A DNA stretch of 63,997 nt, filler included, from Octopus bimaculoides (Eukaryota): assembly GCF_001194135.2 (NCBI RefSeq). It is 7 parts of 7 records of this genome, joined end to end, with 100 filler letters (N's around TTAATTAATTAA, not from the genome) between each part and the next. Parts side by side here need not be neighbours in the genome. Positions count along the whole stretch, not along the records: positions 1 to 22,371 come from NC_069008.1; positions 22,472 to 43,408 come from NC_068989.1; 5 more parts are not named here. One strand, given 5' to 3'. The position numbers and the translations under genes are program-made. Below the pieces are notes generated by a model, which saw only the letters and a list, made by a program, of their open reading frames with translations, searched no databases and was not told the origin of the DNA. Below, one piece after another: positions 20,115-33,341 of the stretch. Numbering within the stretch: position 1 is the stretch's first letter; every line of letters starts with the position of its first letter.

Positions 20115-20734
20115 GTTTACTATTCTGTCCAAAAAGGGTTCATTCATGAGATGTGACAGCAAAGAAGAGCACACATTCACTCTCTGCACGCGATTAGACT
20201 TGGAAAGTTTGTGAGGAAACGATTGACCCAATTTTCTGACTTTTCTGATGGCACGTAGGTGACGATGAATGGTTGAATGACCAAATCCAAGCTACTCTGC
20301 TAGTTCTTTAACAGTTGCGATGGGATTTTGTCCCACTAGGGTTTGCAAGAGATCCTTGTTGTGCTTTACAGAGCTTCCAGGATAAGGCTCATCTTCTAGG
20401 CTGTAGTTTCCAGCTTAGAATTTCTGAAACCACCGTTGACACTGGCTTACACTTATTGTCTGATCCCCATATACCACATTAATATTCTTCACACTTTCCA
20501 TTTCGTTGTTGCCTTTATTGAACTCATAAAGCAAAATATGTTGAATATGCTCCTTTGTCACTTCCATTACAGCTTTGAAAATATAACTGTTAGAATCGAA
20601 CTGCACTCTTCAAAACTTGCACTAAGAATAAGGGCAAGGTAAAATTACTACCTGCTTTTATAGCAAGATGATGCAGGTAGTTTATCCCATCATCCTCTGA
20701 CTTTTAGTTCATGCAATTTAAAAAACTCCATTAT
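20115..20734 (-). mobile_element. Mariner transposase 5' fragment (decayed)
   Basis: MEVTKEHIQHILLYEFNKGNN...SVSQCQRWFQKF HTH region, continuing towards NEPFLDRIV. Confidence 0.9.
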
Positions 20735-20956
20735 NNNNNNNNNNNNNNNNNNNNNNNNNNNNNNNNNNNNNNNNNNNNNNNNNNNNNNNNNNNNNNNNNN
20801 NNNNNNNNNNNNNNNNNNNNNNNNNNNNNNNNNNNNNNNNNNNNNNNNNNNNNNNNNNNNNNNNNNNNNNNNNNNNNNNNNNNNNNNNNNNNNNNNNNNN
20901 NNNNNNNNNNNNNNNNNNNNNNNNNNNNNNNNNNNNNNNNNNNNNNNNNNNNNNNN

Positions 20957-20988
<32 letters not shown>

Positions 20989-21169
20989 AGACATACACAT
21001 AAATACATAAATGATTTATTGACATGAACACATCTACATATTTTAAGTTAAGAAGTTAATAGCGTATTAAATTTAAGAAGTAACCTTTGCACATGGAAAT
21101 TTATTTGCATTTTATTGTAGATTATAGATCACATCTGTTAACATCAGATATGTGTGGAGTGTGTGTACA

Positions 21170-21810
21170 TATATTCTTTTATTCTTGTACTTGTTTCAGT
21201 CATTAGACTGCGGCCATACTGGGGCACCACCTTGAAGAATTTTAGTCAAACAAATCGACCCCAGTACTTTTATTTTAAAGCCTGTACTTATTCTGTCATA
21301 TCTTATGTCACAAAGATATAAACACATCAACAGTGGTTGTCAAGTATTAGTGAGTGACAAAGGCAGGCACACCTACACACACACACACACACATATATAT
21401 ATGCATATGATGGGCTTCTTTCAGTTTCCTATTTCTTTATTGCCCCCAGGGGGCTAAACATAGGGGGGACAAACAAAGACAGACAAAGGGATTAAGTTGG
21501 TTACATCGGCCCCAGTGCATAACTGGTACTTAATTTATCAACCCCAAAAGAATGAGAGGCAAAGTCGACCTCGGCGGAATTTGAACTCAGAACGTCATGG
21601 CAGACGAAATAACGCTAAGCATTTCACCCGACGTGCTAACGTTTCTGCCGACTTTCGCTCAGTTTCTTTCGGTTTCTGTCTATCAAATACATTAGGAAGG
21701 CTTTGGTCTGCTTGAGGCTAGAGAAGAAAATGCTTACCCAAGGTGCCATGCAGTGGGACTGAACTCAGAACCATGTGGTTGGGAAGCAAGCTTCTTACTA
21801 CAGAGCCTAA
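21170..21810 (-). mobile_element. SINE family A copy interrupted by a family B SINE (21430-21658)
   Basis: Family A tail and head are separated by a complete family B copy; an approximate TCAGTTTC duplication lies at both junctions. Confidence 0.8.
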
Positions 21811-22287
21811 ATTTTATCTTTCAGTCATTGGACCATGGTCAAGCTGGTGCACAACCTGAAAAGATTGCTGGTACTAGGATCATGGAATGTGCACGGGTGT
21901 AGTACAAATGAGGTGAAGAGGAGAGAGATAGGGAGTTTGATGATGAGGAGAAAGATGTGGATGGATGGATGGAGTGAGGAAAGCTTTGGTGGTGGTTAGA
22001 GGTGTTGGAGTGAGAGAGAGGCAAGTGAGTTTATAAATGACAGGAAAGCTTGGAGAGTGTTTGTGGATGGATGAGTGAATTTGATGGTGTTCAAAGGGGT
22101 ATGGAACCAGCATGATGTGTCAGGGGTAAACCAGCATAGGCTGCTGATATTAGGGGTTGCATTCTATGCCTTGACCCAAGCATAGAATGGGGCTTGCCTC
22201 TTTGAGCTGGGAAATGAATGGAACACCTGCTGCATGTCTTGTTGTGGCTACCCCCTCCTAAAAAAATGGGGAATAGGCCTGGGTGTC

Positions 22288-22319
<32 letters not shown>

Positions 22320-22371
22320 GTATACACATATTTTTTCACAACTGGTTGTATAGCCTTTTTTGTTTATTTTC

Positions 22372-22471
22372 NNNNNNNNNNNNNNNNNNNNNNNNNNNNN
22401 NNNNNNNNNNNNNNNTTAATTAATTAANNNNNNNNNNNNNNNNNNNNNNNNNNNNNNNNNNNNNNNNNNNN
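22372..22471. other. Synthetic 100-nt join spacer (44 N + TTAATTAATTAA + 44 N); also at 43409-43508, 52314-52413, 57464-57563, 61504-61603, 62686-62785
   Basis: Six identical constructs; the palindromic 12-mer places stops in all six frames. Confidence 0.97.
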
Positions 22472-22629
22472 TATATATATATATATGTATATCTATATAT
22501 GTATAAATAATACAAAATGGGACAAGGACGCAAAACATCCAAACAGTTAGGTGATACATGAAAGGGACAAAGCATCCAGATAGACAATACAAAGAAAACA
22601 TGGACAGGTTATTCGGAGTTTTCTCTCTT

Positions 22630-22890
22630 CAGCAGGTGGCACGTAAAAAACACCTTTTTGACCGTGGCTGTTGCCAGTACCATGTGTCTCGCCCTCATGC
22701 CGGTGGCACGTAAAAGCACCCACTACACTCTCGGAGTGGTTGGCATTAGGAAGGGCATCCAGCTGTAGAAACTCTGCCAGATCAGATTGGAGCCTGGGGC
22801 AGCCCTCTGGCTTGCCAGTCCTCAGTCAAATCGTCCAACCCATGCTAGATTGGAAAGCGGACGTTAAACGATGATGATGATGATGATGAT
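22630..22890 (+). mobile_element. Repeat family D copy, well preserved
   Basis: GGTGGCACGTAAAAGCACCCACTACACTCTCGGAGTGGTTGGCATTAGGAAGGGCATCCAGCTG...CGTTAAACGATGATGAT. Confidence 0.85.
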
Positions 22891-22986
22891 ATATATATAT
22901 ACATATATATATATATATGTATGTATGTATGTTTGTATGTATATGCATGTATGTATGTATGTATGTATATGTATGTATGTATGTAT

Positions 22987-23020
<34 letters not shown>

Positions 23021-23265
23021 ATGTAAGTATGTATGCCAAGTTTTTTCAGAAACTTTATGACATCCACGTTTAAACCATCCACTAATGTGTTTAGAAGCCG
23101 TTGGCTTAAAGTTGTTATTACCTGAATATGTATACATTTGTATATTTATGTATGTATTCTCATCATTTGACTGTCTATCTGTCTCCCTGTCTGTCTTATC
23201 AACTTAAATTTATCACTGTAAATTTAAACTTTCTCTCTTTGTGTATGTTTACCATTTTCTCTTAC

Positions 23266-23334
<69 letters not shown>

Positions 23335-23569
23335 CATGTGGCATCTATGTGTCAGTGTGTGTATATGCATGTGAATAAGGAATTTTATTAGGGCGACAGA
23401 GTTGAAAGACCTTCACAAAGCATCAGCAGTGAGCTTGTTAGACACCTGAACAGAGAATGTGATGTTATGTGAACATGAGCCTCTGTTTTGTGGTATCATG
23501 AGATACCCCAGCATTGGATGTATTCATTAGATGATACATGCACATGAGTTTCTGTCACAGACAGAAGAT

Positions 23570-23790
23570 ATAGTGTCTCATTTCAATTCAAATGTCTGGA
23601 ATTTGCAGTAAGTTTTAGTTACGCCATGACCATCAACTAAACTCAAGCATAAATAATTTTGGTTGCCAGTTTATTCCTCAAAGAGCCCTGCTTCACTCAT
23701 GGTCAGCCTTATGTTGGATGTTCAAGAGTGGATAATTAGATAAATCTTTATATCTATGCTCCAAATGGAAAACTAAAATACTTCAATTAT
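23570..23790 (+). mobile_element. Helitron PIF1-helicase C-terminal remnant
   Basis: FQFKCLEFAV, YAMTIN, EPCFTHGQPYVGCSRV, IYAPNGKTK match helicase motifs V/VI. Confidence 0.8.
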
Positions 23791-24591
23791 TGCAACATTT
23801 ATAATGGCCCCAAATGATGCAGAAAGTTGTCTTGATCAAGAGGCCTGTCCATCGGGGAAGACATTGTCTGACATGGATTGAAACAAGAAAATGAAATAAA
23901 TGCACTCTATTGGGAAAATTTCCTGGCAATGGTGGGCTACTCAACTAATATATAATGTTGTCAAGCAGCATATTATTGGTTATGGCGTACGACTGATCAG
24001 AATGTTACTGCTTCATAACTATTTTGCTTAATTTTGTCTGGCCCCAGATCAACCCTGATTGAGCAGAACTGTCATCAGAGCCATTCTAACCATGACCTTC
24101 CTGTCCTTTTATATCTATAGCTATATTATTCACTATGGATGAGAGCTATTAACTAATGACTACATCCATCCAAACAAAAAAATAATTCAAGTTAGAGCTA
24201 TATTGAGGAACAATAACATGCACCAATAAGTATCAAACATCATAATGGTATAAGCAATTACTCAGGGACTCCATTCATCCACATGAAAAATAACAGTCAA
24301 GTTAAGTCTATCATACTTAATGTAGTGTGGAAGATATATTTAGTTGGAAATGGAAACCAGGTCAAAGGAGGTCATAGTCAAATCTCTAGGCAGTCCCCTT
24401 CTGCTATAACAGTTACAAATTGCTAAGCAGCAACCAATATTTCACATGATTAAAAATACATTATCTTTATAGAGATCTGAAAATCGTGTACAGATGGTTT
24501 TCAAAAGTCATATACTAAATGATGTTTATATACATGTATACATCTGTGTGAATACGTGCATATGTGTATATGGACATGTACATATATGTGA

Positions 24592-24657
<66 letters not shown>

Positions 24658-25134
24658 TAACTGAAAGATCACTTCATATGTTTAAGTAGTCTATCATTTA
24701 TTTATTTTTACAAGGAAAATGTTGATAGTGACATCAAAGTTTTATTATAACTGAGCTGCTCTTTCAAGGTTACTGTCAGCCTTTTCCTTGTAAATCTCTA
24801 TGTATATATAATTCTTCCTAGCCATGGCAGGACCAATAACCAGTTGAAAGAATCCATTATACTTATGATGCACAGTATCACTAAGCTCCAGCAGAGATGT
24901 GGTGTGAATTCCCTGATATCTTTGTCTCCAGATTCATATATGAACCAGAAGATAAGTATAGAGTGTAATAGTAATTAAAAAAATGAACAAGATGTTAAAG
25001 CTCTGATGAAGCTATGTCATACTGTCACTCAACTCTTGGTACAACTCCCTTATGCTAACTAGATACAACTTTAAGACATTGAATATGATGACATAACTTG
25101 TTATTTTATCATTCATATACTAATATCTATATAC

Positions 25135-25191
<57 letters not shown>

Positions 25192-25239
25192 CATCCATCC
25201 ATCCATCCATTCGGCTGCATGCCTGCTTGCCTGCCTACA

Positions 25240-25450
25240 GTGGTGAGCTGGCAGAATGGTCAGCATGTAGGGTAAAATGCTTAGTAGTATTTCATCCATC
25301 TTTACATTCTGAGTTCAAGTTCATCTGAGGTCAACTTTGTCTTTCGTCCTTTTGAGGTTGATAAAATAATTACCAGTTGAGCACTGGGGGTCGGTGTAAT
25401 AGACTTACACCCCTCCCTTGAAATTACTGGTCGTGTCAAAATTTGAAATT
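25240..25450 (+). mobile_element. SINE family B copy
   Basis: GGTGAGCTGGCAGAA...CTGAGTTCAAG...TTTGAGGTTGATAAAATAATTACCAG. Confidence 0.75.
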
Positions 25451-25501
25451 ATCTCTCTCTTTCTTTCCCCCTCTCTCTCTGTGCCTATATATCTGTCTGA
25501 C

Positions 25502-25538
<37 letters not shown>

Positions 25539-25635
25539 GCCTGCCTGCCTGCCTGTCTATCTATCTATCTATCTATCTATCCATCCATCCATCCATCCAT
25601 CCATCCATCCAGACTAACATGCGTTCGGTTCATCA

Positions 25636-27415
25636 ATGATGTCTCCTCTTGTAACTTCTGTATGTATTCACCCTTGAGCCACTACTGCAGAAGCTGGCGA
25701 TGCTGAGGGGCATCCCATGAGAGCTGGGATGTGGGAGGAGCGGACAACGCCATTGTGAGCCACAAGCACATCGACCTGGTCGGCGAGACACTAAAAGAAT
25801 ACGAAGCAGTAACGGGAGCAAAAATTAATCAGGAAAAGTCAGTGGTCTTGCAGCTCGGCACCTGGAGAAGCAAGCCCATGCCATCCAACAGCGTCTCCAT
25901 CGTGGGACGATGGACCGATGGACTGGTTAAATTGCTCGGAGTCTGGGTTCGTCTGGACCTCCAAATGGAGAGGAACAGGGGCGAAATAACGACTAGGGTG
26001 GCCACTCTCACTCAGCAATGGGCTCAGGAAAAGGTTGGGCGGAGGTGCCGAACACGTACATTGCATCTGTCATCAATTACTGTCTGACCGTCATGTTTTG
26101 TCCCAACCCTACCATCACCAAACTGGAACGCATACTCTTCCGCTTCTTGTGGAAGGAAAGCTTTCTGATGGTTAGGCAAACCATTTGCTGTCATCACCTA
26201 CTAAATGGAGGGTTAGGCATGTCATGGTTGATGATGCGCAGACATGCGCTGAGATTGCGACATCTCTGGCGCTTCATTGATGATGGTGAACAGATGTGGT
26301 CGCCGTTTGTGTGGCGTGCTTTCCCGCAGCTCATCTCCTTGGCCGAACTGCAGTCATGGATCAAACAGAGACTGAGGCTAGGCGAATGGCACTGCAAGTG
26401 TTGCATTGCTCTCAAGCAACTCTAAAGTCCAGGACCAAACTTGTGTGACTTCATTACAACAAGGGTGTTCTACAGAGAATTAGTGGAGGGGAGGTGCGAC
26501 AACATTCTCAGATAGAATCAGGGCATTGATGAGGAACACCTGACCTGCCTGTTTAGGACAACTTTCAGGCCGGGACCTATGGTCAATCACCAAAGATCCC
26601 TGGCCTAGCAGTGCTATCGAGAAGCATTACCCATTCGAGATAAGCTCTACAGGCACAGTTCGAGACACACTGGACCGACTTACCCAAGATGCGGTCAGAG
26701 TGATGAAACCATTCTGCATGCACTCATGCAGTGTACAACCATTTCAGACCTGTGGGCTTATGCCGAATGGCTCCTGTTATGTGTGAGACAAGTCCGTCTG
26801 TCAGCCGAGTCTATCGGGGCAATTGCTCCGCCACCTTCCCTCAACCGGGAAGGCAAAGCAGTCTTCCTCATACTGGTGGCCATGGTGAAAGATTGTGTGT
26901 GGTGGACTCGAGCGAAAGGATGAGAGACATACACCTATCTCTCTGGCCAATCGCCCATCAACTCTTTCAAGTACCACTTTCAAGGAAGGTGAGAATGGAG
27001 AGGCAGGTTTTGTCTCGTGAAAGTTTCAAAAAAAGGTGAGTGAATGTAGCAAAGCTGGTGGATGCGAGTGATGAAACCACTTTGAGCATGATCCTGTAAA
27101 TCGAAAAAAGAGAGAGAGAGAGAGAGCACTTTGCTCTCGTGTTTATTTCCCTCCCTGCCTGAGGTTACCGTGGTCTTTTCCGTAGGCTTTTCTTTCCACG
27201 GATAAACCTAATCTTACTCTTTACATTTTTAAAACGCTAATGTGATACACAATCCCTTTTGATCTTTTTTTCTTCTTTTTTTTTCCCCGATCCATTTTGA
27301 TCGGATTTTTATTTTGTTTCATATTTTTCCCCTTGTTTTCATTTTCAAAAAGAAAAGCTGTACATTTGTATTTGTCCACTCTGTGTTCAGCCCCGTGTGA
27401 CCAATAAAGAAAGTT
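25636..27415 (+). mobile_element. Tx1/L1-clade LINE, 5'-truncated ORF2 with 3' UTR
   Basis: PLVxxYVFTLEPLLQKL, YEAVTGAKINQEKS, LFRFLW, PRCGQSDETILHALMQC zinc knuckle, WWTRAKG; AATAAA at about 27404 followed by (TATC)n. Confidence 0.9.
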
Positions 27416-27426
27416 ATCTATCTATA

Positions 27427-27460
<34 letters not shown>

Positions 27461-28129
27461 ATCTAACTTTCTATCTGCCTGGCTGCCTGCCTGCCTACAG
27501 CGGTGAGCTATCGTGTGTTTGCATGAAAATATGTGTGTGTGTGCATGCATACACACATGCACATAGATATTTATCTAGTCAGATACATGAGATATGTAAG
27601 GTATCAAAAAAATATGAACAATTTGTAACAAATTTTTATTTCTAAATGAATATCTGTTGATAACTTCACTCCACCATCATTACTTTAGCACACACACACA
27701 TAGCAGCAAAACAAAAAATAATAACACCACCCTTGAAAGAAACAAACAAGTGATTGATAGTTTGATTTTTTTCTTTTTTTTCTATATTAAACACGCCACT
27801 ATTATAATGATATTAAATTAGATAAATTCCATTAAAACTAAAATAATGATCCTGTTTAGAGACTGTTGTTTGCTATTTGAAATTATTAAATTTTTATTTT
27901 TCATAAACATTTCATTTAAAGAAATTTAAATTAAAACCCATCAAATAAAGGAATTAAAATATTGCCAACATTCTCAAAGTGCTACAGAGCTTCTTAAGAT
28001 GACATTAACCAAACAATATCATTATAATAAACTAAGCTTCTCTATTTAATTATTTCCCATTTCAGTTTTCTGTTCTTTATCGTGTTCATTTTTTACTTTC
28101 ATACTCTGTTATTATTATTATTATTATTA

Positions 28130-28564
28130 AGGTGGCAAAACTGTTAGCATGCCAAGTGAAATGCTTAGCAGCATTTCGTCCATCCTTACATTCTGAATTC
28201 AAATTCCTTCAGGGTTGACTTTGCTTTCATCCTTTTGGGGTTGATAAAATAAGTACCATTTGAGTACTGGGGTTGATGCAATCAACTAGTCTCCTCCCCT
28301 AAAATTTCAGGGCTTGTGCCTATAATAGAAAGGATTATTATTATACTTATTAAGGTGGCAAGCTGGCAGAATTGTGAACACACTGGACAAAATGCTTGCA
28401 GAGTTTCATTTGCTTTTATGTTCTGAGTTCAAATTCTGCTGAGGCCGACTTTACTTTTCATCCTTTCAGGGTTGATAAAATATGTACCAGTTGAGCCCTG
28501 AGGCTGATGTAATTGACTTGCCACATTCCCCTAAACTTGCTGGCATTATACCAAAATTTAAAAC

Positions 28565-28610
<46 letters not shown>

Positions 28611-29085
28611 GTTATTGTTATTATGGTGGTGAGCTTGCAGAAACCTTAGCATGCCAGGCAGCATTTCACCCGTCTTTACATTCTGAGTTCAAATTCTGCT
28701 GAAGTTGACTTTTACCTTTCCTCCTTTTGTGTAGGAAGACAAAATGTGTAAATCTTCAGCACCGGGGTGGGTGAAGGAGTGATGTAATCAACTACCCCTT
28801 CTCTGAAATTGCTGGCTTTGTGCCAAAATTTGAAACCATCATCATTATTATCATGTTTACTATTATCATTAAGGCAGAAAGCTGGCAGAATTGTCAGTAC
28901 ACTCAACAAAATGCTTAATGGCATTTTGTCTGTTCTCTTGATCTGCATTCAAATTCTGTTGAGGTCAACTTTACCATTCATTCCTTTGGGGTCAATAAAA
29001 TAAATACCAGTTGAGAACTGGGGTCGATGAAATCAACTAGCGCCCTCCCCCCAAATTTCAGGCCTTGTGGCTACAACAGAAAGGA
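28130..29085 (+). mobile_element. Four head-to-tail SINE family B copies separated by (ATT)n
   Basis: The family B head GGTGGCAAG/GAGCT(G)GCAGAA recurs at about 28130, 28355, 28625 and 28870. Confidence 0.8.
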
Positions 29086-29139
29086 TTATTATTATTATTA
29101 TCATCATCATCATCATTATTATTATTATCTTTTACTTTT

Positions 29140-32100
29140 AATCTGCATGTTTGTTACAATTACTTGCTGAGACACACCCAGTGTCTTAGGGTGAGTGAAG
29201 GATAAGAGATGTTACAGTATGATTGAAAGCTTGGGGAGAGGAAGTGGCAAGGGCTGTAGTGAAATATCTTCATGTAATACAACACAGATATTTGAATGGA
29301 TACGGTTTTTCTAAGGATGTGGGCAGCACTTGTCTGCACAATCTTTTGGATTTCTTGGTTCTCCTAGGATTTTATTTAGATGTTTCTGACATCTGCTTTT
29401 TTCATACCTAGTGCACCTACAATAACAGGAACAGTTCTTGCTTTAAGATGCCACATCTTTTTTATTTCAATTTCCAGGTTCTTATATTTACTTAAATTCC
29501 TTTACAGATATATTTTTATCAGTGAGAGCATTTACATCTATTAGTCTACAAGTATTTTCGTCCCTGTCTTTAATAATTATGCCTGGTATATTAACCTGGA
29601 TCATTCAGTCAGTGTTGACTGGAAAATCCCAGAGGATAGTGATATTTTTACCTTCAACGACTAGCTCTGGATGATGCTCATACCAGTAAGCAGGAGTGCC
29701 GGTTTGTAGTGTTCACATATTTTCCAATGTAAATACTATCCTACCCTGTCGTGGTGATCTTTGTATTTGTTTGGTGTCAGCACAAGGCATCCTGAGATGC
29801 GATGGTCTATTGTTCCATCAAATGTGTTGCAGAAATGTATTGACGTAACCTCTCTCCCGAGCTTGCTGACCTTGTGCCAAAATTTGAAACCAACATTCTA
29901 GTTCTTCCTCTTTCTTCTCCCCGTCTTCTCTCCTTCATTTCCCACTCCTCTTATCTTCCCTTTCCTCCTTTTTTCTCCACCCTTCTTCTTCTTCTTCTTT
30001 TTCTTCTTCTTCTTCTACAGAAAATCTTGGTGATTGATATCAATATTGACTGCTCCCTTTTACTTCCCATAATGCAAATAATCTCTTTCTTCATCCTGCC
30101 CCTGCTTTTACTGAGCCTTTGCAAAACCGTTTCTGTCATCCAACATACTCCACCTTTCTTGTACATTTCTTCCCCTTGCACTACATTTCTCTAGCTATGC
30201 AATTGTATTTTACTTGCTCTATAAGCCAATAGCAGTATATTTACAATCAGTTGGATCTTACTCCATTTTATCTCTTTGGTCATTGATATAATGTTTTCAC
30301 TTGTGTCATTCTCAAATTTCATATTAATCATTGTCATTCTGTAAAAGCATGTTGGTACTGAGTTTTTCTTCCTCTTAGAGTTTTCTTTTATTATATTACC
30401 ATCATAAATTAACACAACTGAAGCATTGTCGTGTTCCCTGTACTAACCTAATGTATTTTCTTGTATTTCTGTATTTGTTTACATGTAATTTTTCCTCTCT
30501 CTTCTTCCCACTCCTTACTCCATGCATCTTTATTTCTAAATAATACATACAGAATATGTAAATGTGCTTGTATAGAGTTAATATTAATATCATTAGTTAT
30601 GCATTATTCACTTATGCCCCCTTACTTTTGAGGCTGGGTAAACGACAAATATTAGACTCAAAGTAACTAAACTTCTCTGCCTAAATCTATAACCTGATCT
30701 CTATTAGAAATTACCTTTTTGTAGTTTGCTTTTATAATATTGCATCAACTACTTGCCTTTTAATACATTGTTGTGTTGTTATTATTATTGAGGATGTTGC
30801 ATGATATCCAATATCATGATGTTGTGCATTGAAGATATTATGTTTGCCAGGGGTTTGTACTGTTTGTCAAGTCACAATAAGAACCTCAGACAGTACTTTA
30901 TGCAATATGAATGCAGTTCCAAGTAATGCCAATTTTGCAATACACCTAGATTGTAGGGTTTTTCATAAGTTTCCAGATGTTTCTTCAGGTTGGGTGATAT
31001 TGAACCCAATGCTCCAATGACAATAGGGACAACCTTTATGCTTGACTCTCATAGTTGCCACATCTTGACTCTCATAGTTGGTGATCTCAGTTCTCAGGTC
31101 ACCATATTTATCAATCTTTTTCTTTTCTTTCATGATGATATATTGATCTCCTAGCACTGCCATGTCTTTCATTAGGAACTCTTGTTTGTCCCTCCTATAG
31201 GTGACTACATGTGGCCTTCGGTGCTCTAAAATCTTGTCTGTTTGGAAGTCAAAGTTCCAGAGGAGCTTTGCCTTCCCCTTTTCATCCCACCTATTATCTC
31301 ATATCCGTTCTTCCAGCATAGTAGCCAGTGAAGGTTCTTGACTACCTTGTCATATCTGCACTCGTACTCTTTCTGTGCAAGATTTTCACAAGCACTAACC
31401 ATGTGAGTCATGCTTTCGACCTTCTTCCAGAATATAGGATGGTACTTTGCAGCAGGCTGGCAATGGAAGTTTCAGTTCCAGTATGTTTCAGTGCTTTAGA
31501 TAGGATTTTGAGTGTTGTGCTAAGTGCACCAATTGCCATAGGAATAATTGTTATCTTAGTCTTCCATAGTCTTTTCAGCTCTCTGGCTAGATCCCGATAT
31601 TTCTCATTTTTAAAATTCCATTTGTATTGATTCTGTTATCATAGCCAATTGCAAAGTCTGTAATCTTACACTTTTTATTTTGTTCACTAAAATTGTTTCT
31701 CATTTTCTTGCTTCAGTAGTATGGTCAGTTTTATGGGGAAGTCCCACAAGATCCTGCATTCTCATTTCTTAATACAGCCTCTGGTTCATGTTCATACCAT
31801 TTTCCTGTTATCTTGAAGCCACACTTGGCTAACATCCCAATGCACCCTTTTCCATACACAGCCATGCCTACACTTACACTCTTTTTGTGCTAGCTTACTG
31901 TATTCACTCGAGCGATATTTTTTGTCTCCTTTCTTGCAGATTCTACATTTGCTGTTTGACTGAATTTTGTAGATCTTTCTCTTCATCAGATTCACCCTAA
32001 TGGCTTGTACCTGAGTGGCTATAATTAGTAATCCAGTCTCTTGTTTCAGGTTTCAAACCATCAGAGAGAGTCAGCATTTTTAATTCCAACATTCTCAGTT

Positions 32101-32596
32101 TGTTATATGAATTGGACATGTAATTCCATTTCTTTCAATCTGTTTCCTTTCTTATTAAGTTTGTCTGTAATACTTTTAAGACGGTATGCATTGTGAATTG
32201 TGAGCAGTTTTCTAGTTCTTTTCTCCAAGTTCTGTAGCTCAACCATTGTCCATTTCAGAAAAGGAGTAGTTTATCTTGATACTGGCATAGCCCATGCATT
32301 TATTGCTTTAATGATATTTCTTTCATTATTATTACTATTATTAGTTTGATGAAAACTCTTGACTTATTTTGCTGGCTATGATGGAAATTGTTAGCTGCCT
32401 ACAGCCAGCAAACTAAGGTGTCACTTGCTTACCGATCATGTTTCAAGAACCCTGCAGAGAACTCTTGCAGTTCCAAGGAATGATGATTTTTGTAGGTGAT
32501 CTATCTTCTCATTTGTACCAATATTTTTGAGCCATGCTGGTAGCTGAGTGCTGATACTTCCAAGCTCACAAATTATTATTGTTATCTGATAATTCC

Positions 32597-32653
<57 letters not shown>

Positions 32654-33305
32654 AGTTTAACATTTGGCAGTTTGATGCAAATGTCTACTGCATCACCTAC
32701 TACATTTCCTTAGGTATGTGCACCTTGAGGTGCAGTGCAGTCTTTTGTTGTATTACTGCTTGTATTGTGTTGATTGTGTAATGCATTGGCTATCTGACTT
32801 GCTAGTGGAAGTTTATTTCACTGGGTAATTGCTGTATAGAGTGTCTTGTGTTTGTGGGTTGTTTTGTTTAGGTGGTATTATTGAATTAATAGTGTCTTGA
32901 ATAGGATGTGGGCTGTTCCTAGCAGGGCTAATTTTTGGATAGTGTGTAGTGTTGAGGGCCCAGGTATAGCTTCTACGTTTTTGTTTGTTTTTTTATCATG
33001 CCCAATGCTCCAGTTATTATTAGTATTGCCCACATCTTGAATACTTCAATTTCAAGGTCTTTGTATTTTGACAATTTCTCCACTTCATTTTGGACAATAT
33101 TTTGATCAGAAGGGACTGTAATGTCTATCAATAATCAGGGTTTTTTATCCCAATCTTTGATTATTGTGTCTGGGCGATTAGCTTTCATTTCTTTGTCAGT
33201 TTGAACTGGCATATTGCAGATGATTGTGGACTGGTTTTTGTCTTGTACCTTGATTGACACATGGTTATACCACTTACTGTCAGTTTTAGTGTTGTAATGT
33301 TGGCA

Positions 33306-33341
<36 letters not shown>

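Noticed and set aside
22416-22427. TTAATTAATTAA as a biological palindrome or homeodomain/PacI-type site
   Set aside because: It is always centred in exactly 88 N, so it is an assembly linker.
24790-24975. About 57-codon hydrophobic minus-strand frame
   Set aside because: No start codon or acceptor AG; within chance expectation.
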